From positions 1 through 52,080 of the forward strand of contig CAVSOU010000020.1 in the NCBI GenBank assembly GCA_963729625.1: DNA of 52,080 nt. The letters run 5' to 3'. Below, in pieces: positions 1-9,303 of the stretch (positions are counted from its first letter, which is position 1; every line of letters starts with the position of its first letter). The position numbers and the translations under genes were made by a program. A model generated the notes under the pieces. That model was not told the DNA's origin. It did not search any database and saw only the letters and a program-made list of their open reading frames with translations. This DNA is from an uncultured bacterium. Lineage in GTDB: Bacteria > Chloroflexota > UBA5177 > JANWHV01.

Positions 1-6
1 TATGAA

Positions 7-2250
7 GTGCAACCACTGGCCAAGCTGGTGCCTGATCGGCGCCATACGCTCTTGGTGGCCTACTTGGGCGAATTGGAACACGAGCTGACTGACCAGGCGC
101 TCGACATGTTCGACAAGATGATTGGCGAATTGCTGCACAAGGGTGAAAAGAAGCAGACCTACCATTTGCAGCACAACGCCCGCGCCTACAACGCCAACTT
201 GTGCGTCCTGACCACGGCGATGGACGCGTTTCTGACCGCCAAACAAGAAGGCCTGGATCCGTACAGCACCGTCTTTGCCGCTGTGCCCGAAGCCACGCTG
301 CACGCAACCATTGGTCGCGCCAAGGCGCTGGTGCGCCCTATCGACCTCGACTCGCTCGACTTGATTGAGCCCAAATACGCCCGCATGCGCAACTCGCTAC
401 TGACTCTCTATGCCGCGCTGAAGATTCAGGCGGTGCGAGGCACTGATTGCGCGCTTGACGCCCTGGACTATGTCCAGGACCTGGCCCGGCACAAGCGGCG
501 CGTCACGCGCAAACAACAAACAGTGGCCGGCGAACTCCGGCACGCACCACTCGACCATCTCGGCGATCGGTGGCGGCGCCATGTCGTGCACGGCCGCACG
601 ATCAACGCCAACAACTACGAAGCGGCAGCATTCGAGGCACTCAAAGAGGGCTTGCGTTCCGGAGACCTCTTCGTCCTGGGCAGCCACCGCTACCGCAGCT
701 TCGAGAGTTACCTGCTGGCGAAGGACCGCTGGAACGCGTTGCGAGCAGCCGGCGAGACGCGGTTGGCGTTGACCATGACCGCGCAAGAGTACATCGCCGA
801 TCGCCACACACAGATCACGGACCTGCTGACTGGCTTGCACCGCGATCTCGCGGACCTGCCATGGATCTCGGTCGATGCGCAGGGCAAGCTGCATCTTGCC
901 GCGCTGAGAGCCGACACGCCGCCCGAGGTGAAGGCGGTCCGCCAACGTGTCTACCGAAAACTGCCGCGCATTCCTCTGGCCGAACTCTTGCTGGATGTCG
1001 ATGCAACCACGGGTTGCTTCGATCACTGCACACACCTCTCGACCGGGGAAGTACCACAGAGCGAACGCCGGTTGATGGTGCTCGCTGCCATCATGGGCCT
1101 CGGGATGAATCATGGCCTGGGGACGATGGCGGCGTCCACGCCTTTCAGCTATCGTCAACTCGCGTGGGCGGCAGACTGGCATCTTCGCGACGAGACGCTG
1201 ACCAAGGTGCAAGCAGCGCTGGACAACTACGTCTTGCACCATTCGCAGTCCCGTGCCTGGGGTGACGGCACGCGTTCCTCATCCGATGGCCTGCGGATCA
1301 GGATCGGCGTACGCGCTGCGAACGCCGATCGCAATGCCGCCCATTTTGGCTATGATCGCGGTGCCACCATTTACACGCACACCGCCGACATCGGCCCACC
1401 CTTTGCCCAGAAGGTCATCAGTACGAATGATCGGGAAGCGTTGCATGTCATCGATGCCCTCTGCAGCCATGAGACCGATCTGGACATTCACGAGCACTAC
1501 ACGGATACGCACGGCTACACCACGCATGTGTTCGCACTCTGTGCGTTCCTCGGCTTTCGCTTCGCGCCACGGATCAGCGACCTGCTGGAGCAGTGTCTGT
1601 ATACGATTGGACGCCCGGCAGACTACGGCCCTTTCAACGCACTGCTCAAAGGGCGTGCCAACACCCAGGTCCTGACACGCAACTGGGATCAGGCGGCACG
1701 CGTTGCGGCGTCCATTCGCCACGGGACTGTCTCCGCAGCGCTGATCATGCGCAAACTGGCCGCCTATCCGCTGCAGAACCAGGTCGCACAGGCCTTGCAC
1801 GAGATTGGACAGATCGAGAAGACCATCCACACGCTGGAATTGTTGCGGGACGAGCAGATGCGCCATCGCATTGAGCGTGGCCTGAACAAGGGCGAGCTGG
1901 TGAATAGCGCTGGGCGCGCGCTCTTCATCGGCCAGCGTGGGGAGTTCCGCGACCGGGTAGTTCAGGATCAGGAGCGACGGGCCGGTTGTCTGAATCTGCT
2001 CATTGCGGCCATTGCCGCGTGGACGACTGCCTATCTGGGCGACGCGATCGCGGCGGTGGAAGCCGAGGGTGAGGACATTCCTGAGGAGTACCGCGCACAC
2101 ATTTCACCCATTGCTTGGGAGCACGTACATCTCTTGGGATGGCATCCTTTTGACCCCAGTGCGGCACGCTCATTGGACGAACGGCGGCCGCTGCGTACGG
2201 GCATCGACTATGAAGATGCTGGCGACGATGAGGTGCCGGTGGCTACCTGA
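7..2250 (+). CDS. tnpA: Tn3-family transposase, 5' part outside the window
   Basis: Tn3 DDE motifs SSSDG, HYTDTHGYT, LLGFRFAPRI-like (FLGFRFAPRI), LNKGE, HISPIAWEHV. Confidence 0.95.
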   Translation: MQPLAKLVPDRRHTLLVAYLGELEHELTDQALDMFDKMIGELLHKGEKKQTYHLQHNARAYNANLCVLTTAMDAFLTAKQEGLDPYSTVFAAVPEATLHATIGRAKALVRPIDLDSLDLIEPKYARMRNSLLTLYAALKIQAVRGTDCALDALDYVQDLARHKRRVTRKQQTVAGELRHAPLDHLGDRWRRHVVHGRTINANNYEAAAFEALKEGLRSGDLFVLGSHRYRSFESYLLAKDRWNALRAAGETRLALTMTAQEYIADRHTQITDLLTGLHRDLADLPWISVDAQGKLHLAALRADTPPEVKAVRQRVYRKLPRIPLAELLLDVDATTGCFDHCTHLSTGEVPQSERRLMVLAAIMGLGMNHGLGTMAASTPFSYRQLAWAADWHLRDETLTKVQAALDNYVLHHSQSRAWGDGTRSSSDGLRIRIGVRAANADRNAAHFGYDRGATIYTHTADIGPPFAQKVISTNDREALHVIDALCSHETDLDIHEHYTDTHGYTTHVFALCAFLGFRFAPRISDLLEQCLYTIGRPADYGPFNALLKGRANTQVLTRNWDQAARVAASIRHGTVSAALIMRKLAAYPLQNQVAQALHEIGQIEKTIHTLELLRDEQMRHRIERGLNKGELVNSAGRALFIGQRGEFRDRVVQDQERRAGCLNLLIAAIAAWTTAYLGDAIAAVEAEGEDIPEEYRAHISPIAWEHVHLLGWHPFDPSAARSLDERRPLRTGIDYEDAGDDEVPVAT

Positions 2251-2292
2251 GGCGCATCGGCTCCGTTAAGCGCCTGGATACGAGGAGGGAAC

Positions 2293-2664
2293 GTGCTGCA
2301 GCAACGCCAACGGGAGGAGGAGCGTGAAGAACGGATAGCCATGGCGATCCTGGTTGCGTGTGACGGCGAGCAGGAGCGCGCCGCAGCATGGTACGACTAC
2401 CTCGCCAACACCCTTGCCTTTCCGTTTACCGCGCGTTGCCGCGCCAAGCGCGCTATCTCGCCTCTCCTGATTGGGGACGAAGTGGACGTCATCGGCATGG
2501 GACCAGAGGAAGAATGCGCACACGAGATCTTCGTGTTCATGCGGTGGGAACGCGATGGGCTCGCCGTACCACTTGCACAGCTGGCTGTTACCTATGTGGA
2601 CGAAGAGACGAGACAAGCGGTAGAGGATTGGTCGTACTGGGTCGATCGTGGCTACCGTTTCTAG
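2293..2664 (+). CDS. CcbP-like calcium-binding family protein (transposon passenger)
   Basis: EREERI...WYDYL...LAFPFTARC...LAVPLAQL...DWSYWV pattern; GAGGAGG RBS upstream of GTG. Confidence 0.75.
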   Translation: MLQQRQREEEREERIAMAILVACDGEQERAAAWYDYLANTLAFPFTARCRAKRAISPLLIGDEVDVIGMGPEEECAHEIFVFMRWERDGLAVPLAQLAVTYVDEETRQAVEDWSYWVDRGYRF

Positions 2665-2691
2665 GCCGTTGCGGACAACTGGAGGAAAGCA

Positions 2692-3255
2692 ATGCCGCGC
2701 AAAGGTGCGGATACGAGTCCCGCCTATCAGCTCAAGGTAACCCTGCAGAACACCAAACCCCCTATCTGGCGGCGGATCCAGGTGCGTGCCGGCATCACCC
2801 TGCCGCAACTACATGACGCGATCCAGGTGGCGATGGGCTGGACCGATTCGCACCTCCACCTCTTCAACATTGGCGGGGTGGACTATGGTATGCCAGATCC
2901 TGAGTTTGCGAACGATATGCGTTCTGAGCAGCGCGTCAGGCTGGGGCGGGTTGTCACAACCGAGAAGGACCGGTTTGTCTACGAGTACGACTTTGGTGAT
3001 AGCTGGACGCACAACATTCTGCTGGAGAAGATCCTGCCTCCTGAACCTGATGTGCACTACCCGCGGTGCCTGGCCGGCAAACGCACCTGTCCGCCCGAGG
3101 ATGTGGGTGGCGTTTGGGGCTATGCTGAGTTCCTTGAAACCATCCGCGATGCCGACCATCCCGAGCACGACGACATGCTCGACTGGTGCGGCGGTGCGTT
3201 CGATCCAGAAGCCTTCTCGCTTGACGAGGTCAACGCAGCGCTTAGGCGCCTCTGA
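2692..3255 (+). CDS. plasmid pRiA4b ORF-3 family protein
   Basis: YQLKVTL, PPIWRRI, LHDAIQVAMGW-HLHLF, YEYDFGDSW, CPPEDVGG; GGAGG RBS. Confidence 0.93.
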   Translation: MPRKGADTSPAYQLKVTLQNTKPPIWRRIQVRAGITLPQLHDAIQVAMGWTDSHLHLFNIGGVDYGMPDPEFANDMRSEQRVRLGRVVTTEKDRFVYEYDFGDSWTHNILLEKILPPEPDVHYPRCLAGKRTCPPEDVGGVWGYAEFLETIRDADHPEHDDMLDWCGGAFDPEAFSLDEVNAALRRL

Positions 3256-3848
3256 TCAGATCAGCGCGGCCATCACGAGCTTAGCGGGGATTTTCCTTGG
3301 AAAGTTGTTGAGACCCCATATGCTGCGCCCAGGCGGCACGTGGCCGAAACAGCCGCAGTTCTATGCGGTTGAGTTAAAACAGTATGCTGAGCTCCGCGCC
3401 GCATATCGAGACGCCGTGCGAGACGCCCTGGCGGTCGAGCGGCTAGGCAAGATGCCCAACCTGTGGAGCGGCCCATTACCAAAATCCGGATTCAGACAAA
3501 AGTTGGGCACGGCGTTCCGTCAGCGCATACCGAAGCTGAAACGGAAGGCGCCTGGCCAGCTGAAGAAGTAGGTCCGGCGTTTTTGTTGTTGACGGAATCT
3601 AGCGTGCCAGATAACAGGGATGCCGTGCTGGCGTTCGGCGTGCTATCAGGGTGCGGCGCGATTGCTGCAATACCTCGCTGTCACCTCCCTCGGTATCGTG
3701 CAAAGTGAGAACCTCGTAGGCGCCCTCATCTACCGAGTCTTGATCATGACTCCATTCTTGCTGTTGCCAGATAACTGGCAAATCTTCACTTTCGCCGACA
3801 GCGCGTGGTTTTCGACCGGGAGGGGTAGCTTCTCAGGTGAACTGGCGT

Positions 3849-4049
3849 TCAAACAGGGAGATTGGCCGTGACGAGCGGCCGCAGCCTCGCGCTCATTGAC
3901 GAGACGGGAGAATGCAGCACGTAGCAACGGGTCAATGTCGGCATACCGCTGCATGTCCACCGGGTAGCCCGCAACCTCCAGCTTGGCAGCTCGGCAGCGA
4001 GCTGCTCGGCGATGGCGACGAGTTCCTTGTTCGGCTTGCACTTGCGCAT
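3849..4049 (-). pseudogene. small hypothetical protein, probably frameshifted
   Basis: strong RBS GGAGGGAGG before ATG (MRKCKPNKELVAIAEQLAAEL); protein-like continuation (EVAGYPVDMQRYADIDPLLRAAF) lies in another frame. Confidence 0.35.
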
Positions 4050-4061
4050 GGCCTCCCTCCG

Positions 4062-4460
4062 TTAGCGGTCCCAGTAGCCATGGTCCGGCTCGCTCCGATG
4101 CTCCGTGTCCATCCGCGCCGGCTGCGTCGCCTGCTCAAGCTGCCGCGCCTCGTCGTCCCGCGCCTGCCGCAGGGCATCTTCCATGCCCTTCCACAGCAGG
4201 TCCCAGCCGCCGGGCAGGCGCTCGATCGAGCCCGGCCGCGCCGCCTCCACGGCGCTGGTCAGCTCCACCATGTCCAGCTCGGGGTGCGCACGTGCCAACT
4301 CGGTAGCGGCGGCAAAGACCACGCCGCGCTCGCCCAGCACTGCCCCGACCACCCGCCACTGCTGCCTCACCAGGTCCTGGTAGGCGCGGGTCAGCGCGAC
4401 CGTCGCGGCCGGCAGCGATCGCCTCAGCTCCGATTCCGCGGCCGGCCAGGGATTCCCGAC
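4062..4460 (-). CDS. helical hypothetical segment, either a separate gene or the frameshifted C-terminus of the Fic protein
   Basis: protein-like amphipathic sequence (AESELRRSL...EDALRQARDDEARQLEQ) overlapping the low-complexity tail of the Fic ORF; no clear start. Confidence 0.45.
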   Translation of the reverse strand, partial: VGNPWPAAESELRRSLPAATVALTRAYQDLVRQQWRVVGAVLGERGVVFAAATELARAHPELDMVELTSAVEAARPGSIERLPGGWDLLWKGMEDALRQARDDEARQLEQATQPARMDTEHRSEPDHGYWDR

Positions 4461-5358
4461 CGGCTTGCCGATCTGCTTCTGTCGCCGCCGGCAGCTCCAC
4501 GTGCTGCCGCCGGTCCGTTGCCTGGAACGAGCACCGCTCACCGGCACGCACGGCGGGATCGAGGTCGCGGGTGTTGCCGATCAGCAGCGTGCTTCTGTCC
4601 GAACGCAGCATGAAGGAGTCGCCCGCGCGGCCGGCCAGCGTGCCGCTGTACGCCTGGCCCGGTGTCGTGGTGGCCATGTAGACGTCGTTCCATGTGAACT
4701 GCTGGCTTTCCAGGAACGCGATCGCGCGCCTGAGTGGCTCGATACGCTCAGCATCCGTGATCTCGTCCAGCAGCCGCGCCATCATGGTGACGTCACCCTG
4801 CATGGCTTGCCGGCTCGCCCTGCCCATGCGCTCGCGGCTCACCACGTCGAAGTGCAGCTCGTGGCCGGCCTGGTGCGCGAGATCGCTGAGAAACATGCGC
4901 TGCGTGCGTCCGTTACCCTCTCTGAAGGGATGCAGGCTGTTCAGGTCCGCCAGCACCTTCGCCCCCTGCTGCGCGAACTCAGGGCGCGAGAGCCCCTGTA
5001 GGTAGTGCGCCCGGGCCAGCCTCTCGCAGATACGCGCCGCTTCCTGCTCCAAGCGCTCAGGCGGCGTGAACCACTGCGCGAGCTCGCCAACGACTGGCGC
5101 TTTGCCCAGCGTGACGATGCGAAATACACCGGCAAACGCGTACACGTCCTGAAAAATCCAATGATGATAGCCACGGAGGTGGTCAGCGTCGAAGGCGCCG
5201 GGCAGCGGCCGTTCTCGCAGCTCGCGCAGTCGCCGGGCCGTCGCGCTCGCCTCGAACGCTGCCAATTCCTGTGGATCGCGCAGGTTGGCCCGGTTCTTAA
5301 GCGTCTCGGTCTTCGGGTAGAGGTAGGGGTCCAAACCGTCGCTCCTGGCGGGCGTCAA
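4135..5358 (-). CDS. Fic-domain AMPylase toxin (FicT/VbhT-like, FIC plus probable OB-like domain)
   Basis: canonical HPFREGNGRTQR motif; N-terminal DPYLYP...LKN and HxxIFQDVYxFAG; true 3' end uncertain. Confidence 0.92.
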   Translation of the reverse strand: MTPARSDGLDPYLYPKTETLKNRANLRDPQELAAFEASATARRLRELRERPLPGAFDADHLRGYHHWIFQDVYAFAGVFRIVTLGKAPVVGELAQWFTPPERLEQEAARICERLARAHYLQGLSRPEFAQQGAKVLADLNSLHPFREGNGRTQRMFLSDLAHQAGHELHFDVVSRERMGRASRQAMQGDVTMMARLLDEITDAERIEPLRRAIAFLESQQFTWNDVYMATTTPGQAYSGTLAGRAGDSFMLRSDRSTLLIGNTRDLDPAVRAGERCSFQATDRRQHVELPAATEADRQAGRESLAGRGIGAEAIAAGRDGRADPRLPGPGEAAVAGGRGSAGRARRGLCRRYRVGTCAPRAGHGGADQRRGGGAAGLDRAPARRLGPAVEGHGRCPAAGAGRRGAAA

Positions 5359-5524
5359 GCGCGGCGTTCAGGTCGTCTTCGCACATCTCGCCGCGCACAT
5401 ACTGCTGGTAGATGGCCAGCTCCTCCTCGTCGAGATAGAGGCCCTCGAGCCGGAGGCTGGCAAGTGCGTAGCGCACGGCTTCTTCTCGCCTGGCGCGTTC
5501 CTGTGCGCTGATCGGGCTCGCCAT
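5297..5524 (-). CDS. VbhA/FicA-family antitoxin (75 aa)
   Basis: inhibitory (S/T)xxxE(G/N) motif SLRLEG followed by YVRGE; directly upstream of and overlapping the Fic gene; GAGGAGG RBS. Confidence 0.88.
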   Translation of the reverse strand: MASPISAQERARREEAVRYALASLRLEGLYLDEEELAIYQQYVRGEMCEDDLNAALDARQERRFGPLPLPEDRDA

Positions 5525-5544
5525 CGCACTGACCCTCCTCTCGC

Positions 5545-5787
5545 TCAACCCACCGCCCGCAGCTCGCGCGCGAACGCCAGCACCCGCTGCCCTCTCGCCT
5601 CTCGTCGGCCGTCCAGCACGAAAGGACGCTCGCGGCCGGTCCGGCGCCGATAGGCCGCACAGGTCGGACACCGCCCCTGCCAGTCGCGCCGCCGTCTGCG
5701 CTGCGGACCTGGCCGCCGGCAGACCTTGCACCGCCGGGGCCTGGCTACGGCCGGCCGCACTCTGCCCAGGTCATCGTCCAGGTGCAT
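5545..5787 (-). CDS. small basic Cys4 zinc-finger protein (GATA-like spacing)
   Basis: CKVC-x16-CPTC followed by AAYRRRTGRERP; GGAAGG RBS before ATG at 5787. Confidence 0.55.
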   Translation of the reverse strand: MHLDDDLGRVRPAVARPRRCKVCRRPGPQRRRRRDWQGRCPTCAAYRRRTGRERPFVLDGRREARGQRVLAFARELRAVG

Positions 5788-5988
5788 GGCGCCCTTCCGC
5801 CCGCGCGCTATTCCGCTTTTGGCCTGCCCCTGCCCGTGGCTGACGCGTGCACGAGGCGCACCCCTCGGCCACAATCTGGCTCTTCTCGGCCCCCCGTTGT
5901 GGCGAAACGCCTGCGCCATACAGCTCCCCCGGTGGTGTCTTCAACGCCGGTGGAACGAGCCGTCATCCTTCAGGTGACGGTTGTTGCC

Positions 5989-6249
5989 CTACGACGCAGC
6001 CTTCGTCTGCGCTCCGCTGCCGCTGATCCTGATCCCGTGCTCTTGCAGCACGCGGCTAACCGCCTCGCACTCAGGGAGATCGGTGACGTCCACCCCATCA
6101 GAGACATTGAGCAGCTCAATGCCACAGGGCTGGTTATCGGTGCCGACGTCGACGCGGCGGGAGTCGTCGAGGTCCTGGCCCCAGCGATAGGGCACGTCGC
6201 GCAGCGTGATGTAAATGGCATCGGCTTCAGGGTCGTGCTCAAATCGCAT
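5989..6249 (-). CDS. DUF2283 family protein (putative antitoxin)
   Basis: MRFEHDPEADAIYI...VD...PCGIELLN pattern; downstream of a DUF4258 gene. Confidence 0.85.
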   Translation of the reverse strand: MRFEHDPEADAIYITLRDVPYRWGQDLDDSRRVDVGTDNQPCGIELLNVSDGVDVTDLPECEAVSRVLQEHGIRISGSGAQTKAAS

Positions 6250-6300
6250 GTTCCTTGCCCTTCTCTTTACGGTGCCAGGAGCTCACCCGTCACCCGTGCG

Positions 6301-6513
6301 CTAATCACCGACCGTGATCACGACGAACGGTGGACCACCAGCCGCAACCACAACCTTGATACGTCGACCTTGGATGTTCCGCGTGAAAATCGGATGCCCT
6401 TTCCGATCGGAGTAGCGCACCTCGGGATCGCGCAAGGTTGCCACGACCTCGGCATGGCTCACGTTGCGAAACGCCATGCGCTGCCGCGCGTGCTGCGTGT
6501 AGACGATATCCAT
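6301..6513 (-). CDS. DUF4258 family protein (putative RelE-like toxin)
   Basis: IVYTQHARQRM..R.VS..EV...L..P and C-terminal VVITV. Confidence 0.85.
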   Translation of the reverse strand: MDIVYTQHARQRMAFRNVSHAEVVATLRDPEVRYSDRKGHPIFTRNIQGRRIKVVVAAGGPPFVVITVGD

Positions 6514-6549
6514 CCTGCCCCCGCCGCCCGCCCCGTTCGACCCCCCTCT

Positions 6550-6578
6550 AGTATATTACAGTACTGTTATAAACTCAA
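6550..6578 (-). promoter_or_regulatory. sigma70-type promoter of the DUF4258/DUF2283 pair with palindromic operator
   Basis: minus strand TTGAGT-17 bp-TATACT; spacer contains palindrome ACAGTACTGT (6558-6567). Confidence 0.7.
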
Positions 6579-6823
6579 GAGACACCCGGCACTGCCGGTG
6601 GACGTTTGGCCGGCCGGCCCCGCCCCCCGGGGTTGCTGGCCGCGCGCGCCTCCGCCACCCATGCCGGCTTCACCAAATGAGGTCGGTTCTTGGCTTGGCC
6701 AAACTGCACACTCCGCAACTGCCCGGCCAGGATCATCTGGCGCAAGCGCGCGGCGCTGATGCCGTAGCGTCCGGCAGCCTCCTCCAAGGTCATGTACTCG
6801 TCGTCTTTGCCTTGCGCATCCAT
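6575..6823 (-). CDS. excisionase-like helix-turn-helix protein
   Basis: YMTLEEAAGRYGISAARLRQMILAGQL pattern with C-terminal GRGRP hook; start codon uncertain. Confidence 0.8.
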   Translation of the reverse strand: MDAQGKDDEYMTLEEAAGRYGISAARLRQMILAGQLRSVQFGQAKNRPHLVKPAWVAEARAASNPGGRGRPAKRPPAVPGVS

Positions 6824-6889
6824 TGGCAGCGTTTCTTGCGGCTCTGTGAGTAATGTCTCCAGTATCGACTGTTCCCGCGCGGACGGCAA

Positions 6890-7110
6890 GAGCGTGACAC
6901 CTACAGGCCTCCCTTTGTCGGCCCCCGTAGTGGCTACGCGCGCAGGCCCGCGCCGCTTCGGTCAGAGCCTCCAGCTGCGCAAGCACGTCGGCCGGACCCT
7001 CGCCCATGCGCCGGCGCACGGCCTACAGCGCGGCGATAGCGCCGATCGCAGGCTGCCAGGTGCGCGATCAGTCGAGACCACTCCTCGTCGGTCGGGACTC
7101 GCACAGCCAT
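6890..7110 (-). pseudogene. frameshifted paralog of the N-terminus of the 7113-7436 gene
   Basis: LIAHLAACDRRYRRA then RRMGEGPADVLAQLE in another frame; matches LIGQLAACDRRYHRA..RRTGEGGADVLAQLE. Confidence 0.5.
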
Positions 7111-7112
7111 GC

Positions 7113-7436
7113 TCACGACCCTCCCCCGCCGGCACCGCGCTCGCGCGTCAGGCAATCACCGCTGTGCCACCCGCGACAATGATCGCACCACCGCAGATCG
7201 GCGTACACCTTCTGCGCCTCGTCGTGGCCGCATCGATCCGTGCAGAACCTGCTGCCCTTCCGGTTCACCCGCCAAGCGGGGATCGGCTTGCCGCAGTGCA
7301 AGCACGTCGGACGCTCCAGCTGCGCGAGCACATCGGCCCCGCCCTCGCCGGTGCGCCGGAGCAGGCTAGCCGCGCGATGGTAGCGCCGATCGCAGGCGGC
7401 CAGCTGCCCGATCAAGCCTGCCCACCCCTCCGCCAT
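7113..7436 (-). CDS. hypothetical Cys/His zinc-binding protein
   Basis: CLHCGKP..FCTDRC and CDHCRGWH motifs; start overlaps the upstream stop. Confidence 0.65.
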   Translation of the reverse strand: MAEGWAGLIGQLAACDRRYHRAASLLRRTGEGGADVLAQLERPTCLHCGKPIPAWRVNRKGSRFCTDRCGHDEAQKVYADLRWCDHCRGWHSGDCLTRERGAGGGGS

Positions 7437-7738
7437 CAGTGCTCTCGCAGAAACGCCGCGTCGCGCCGCCCGCGCAGATCGCTCGCCCGTCTCTTCGCCT
7501 CATCCACAGTGGAGCCGAGTACCAGCGCGCTCAGCTCGCTGAGCGTGTACGCTGCCTCATCGCTGTAGTACGAGAATAGCGTGTGCCGCGTGGCGTCGTC
7601 GGCAACACCGACGACCTGGACGTAGCCGTAGACCGGCTGCGTGCCGGATCCCTCGTCGCGCACGGTGATAGGCTCCCAGTCCGCGAAGTCCGGCGTGGCC
7701 GTGCCTGTCCGCTCGATCGCGATGATCCGTGTTGCCAT
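7436..7738 (-). CDS. hypothetical protein (100 aa)
   Basis: GAGGAG RBS, operonic packing, protein-like composition. Confidence 0.6.
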   Translation of the reverse strand: MATRIIAIERTGTATPDFADWEPITVRDEGSGTQPVYGYVQVVGVADDATRHTLFSYYSDEAAYTLSELSALVLGSTVDEAKRRASDLRGRRDAAFLREH

Positions 7739-7844
7739 AGTGCTCACGCTCCTCTCCATGGTCTCTCTGCTGCCCTTCCTCGTCCCCCGCCAGCCCGGCC
7801 TGTACCAGCCACTGTACCGCTGCTCGGGTTCGCTCGGTGGCACG

Positions 7845-8123
7845 TCAACGCTTTCTGGCCTGCTCCTTTCGGCTCATACGGGGGGGCCGGCGTGGGAGTT
7901 GCTCCTTGGCGGCCACAAAGGCCCTGACCGCCTCCATATGGGCGCATGCCGGGTTCTTGACGCTCGGTGAGCAGCCGCATTCCCACTCCTCCGCGGGCCG
8001 GAGCGGCGTGCCGATCCACCCGATGCCGTGCAGGACCGTATAGCCGTCAACGGTGTAGCGCGTCGCCGTCGTGGTCAGCGTACGGAATGACTCGTGCTGC
8101 GTGATGCGTGGTGCTCTCTTCAT
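7845..8123 (-). CDS. SWIM zinc-finger protein
   Basis: WECGC-x8-CAH motif; ATGA overlap with the upstream gene. Confidence 0.7.
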   Translation of the reverse strand: MKRAPRITQHESFRTLTTTATRYTVDGYTVLHGIGWIGTPLRPAEEWECGCSPSVKNPACAHMEAVRAFVAAKEQLPRRPPRMSRKEQARKR

Positions 8124-8401
8124 GCTTCCCCCCGGTCTGGGGCAGCCGCCGCGTCATACAGCTCTGCCCGGCAGTCCTCGCAGAAGTCTGCGACGGCCAT
8201 GCACGCGGAAGCCACCTGCAGGCTGCGTACACCCACGATCGCGCCGTGTTCCTCGCACACCACCGCGTACGGCTCGCCGTCGGTGTCGATCCCCTGGGCC
8301 TCAGCGAGGTAGGTCGTCATCACACGGCCGGTGAGGCTGTTCGCGCGGCACAGCTTCACGCCGGCAAGGTTGCGCTTGATCTCGACCACCGTTGTGCTCA
8401 C
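8120..8401 (-). CDS. hypothetical phage/plasmid-type protein with CEEH / CEDC motifs
   Basis: GTGA overlap with the upstream gene; possible Zn ligands CxxH and CxxC. Confidence 0.6.
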   Translation of the reverse strand: MSTTVVEIKRNLAGVKLCRANSLTGRVMTTYLAEAQGIDTDGEPYAVVCEEHGAIVGVRSLQVASACMAVADFCEDCRAELYDAAAAPDRGEA

Positions 8402-8586
8402 GCTACACCCTCGACTTCCAGCACCTCGTACCCGGTACATTCGCTGGCTCGCCACGCCGCTTCCCAGTCCTGCGCCGGCGCAACCATCAGAGCCAGATCG
8501 GTGGCGGCATCCGCGTCGGCTGCCTCGACCTCGACGATCGTGCTGACCGTGGTGAGCTGCTCAATGGTTACCTGATAGATCGGCAT
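8398..8586 (-). CDS. small acidic protein, DpnD/PcfM-like pattern
   Basis: YQVTIEQ...IVEVEAADADAA..LA; AGGAGG RBS. Confidence 0.6.
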   Translation of the reverse strand: MPIYQVTIEQLTTVSTIVEVEAADADAATDLALMVAPAQDWEAAWRASECTGYEVLEVEGVA

Positions 8587-8682
8587 TGCATCCTCCTGGT
8601 AGCTGGCCGAATCTGAACGCATCGCCCAAAGTAGCCGCCGGCTGCCCCCTGTCGGACAACCGGCGGCGTGCGTGTCATCCTC

Positions 8683-9150
8683 TCAGAAGGGAATGTCGGA
8701 ATCGTCCTCGAAGTCATCAACTGGCGTGGTCTGCGCTCCCCGCCCCCCTCCCGGTGCGTTGTGCGTCCCCGTGCCGGCGCCGAACTCGGGCTGGTCGTCG
8801 AGCGCTCCCTTGGGCGTGAGAATCTGCATCTCGTCCATGGTCACGTCGAGCGAGAACCGCTTCTGCCCGTCGTTGCCGACGAACTCCCGTGTGCGCAGGT
8901 CGCCGGAGACGAACACCGCCATGCCCTTCTTGAGCAGGTCGTTGACCACTTCGGCCTGGCGCCGCCACGCGCTGACGCGGAACCAGGTAGTTATCTCCTC
9001 CGGCTGTGCGCCCTCGGTGGCCTGGGCGCGGCGGTTGTGCTCGTTGACCGCCACGCTGAACGACGCGACGGGCGTGCCGTCCGTGGTGAAGCGCATGACC
9101 GGATCGCTGCCAAGGTTCCCGATGATGAAGATCTTCTTGAGGTTTGCCAT
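8683..9150 (-). CDS. ssb: single-stranded DNA-binding protein
   Basis: IIGNLGSDP, FSVAVN, TTWFRVSAW, LKKG..VFVSG.L, acidic tail ending DSDIPF; AGGAG RBS. Confidence 0.97.
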   Translation of the reverse strand: MANLKKIFIIGNLGSDPVMRFTTDGTPVASFSVAVNEHNRRAQATEGAQPEEITTWFRVSAWRRQAEVVNDLLKKGMAVFVSGDLRTREFVGNDGQKRFSLDVTMDEMQILTPKGALDDQPEFGAGTGTHNAPGGGRGAQTTPVDDFEDDSDIPF

Positions 9151-9303
9151 CTGCCTTCTCCTTTGCCTTCTCGCCGGGTATGCCGCTGCCGCCGGCTTCG
9201 TCAGTGCCAATAAGGTGGTTGTCCTACGCCCGAATCCGCTCGCGCTCTCCTGCCTTTCCAGCCGGAATGGCGTCCGGCTCCCCTTGCCGGGATACGGCCG
9301 CGA

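Noticed and set aside
2250-3870. Tn3 38-bp terminal inverted repeat / resolvase
   Set aside because: No convincing GGGG-type terminus or resolvase found by eye; the element boundary is undefined
3256-3871. Short ORFs in a lower-GC patch
   Set aside because: No start signals or recognisable motifs; possibly a gene remnant but unsupported
9151-9303. Possible Frpo/ssi-type single-strand promoter upstream of ssb
   Set aside because: Only short GC hairpins; no clear -35/-10 elements in a long stem
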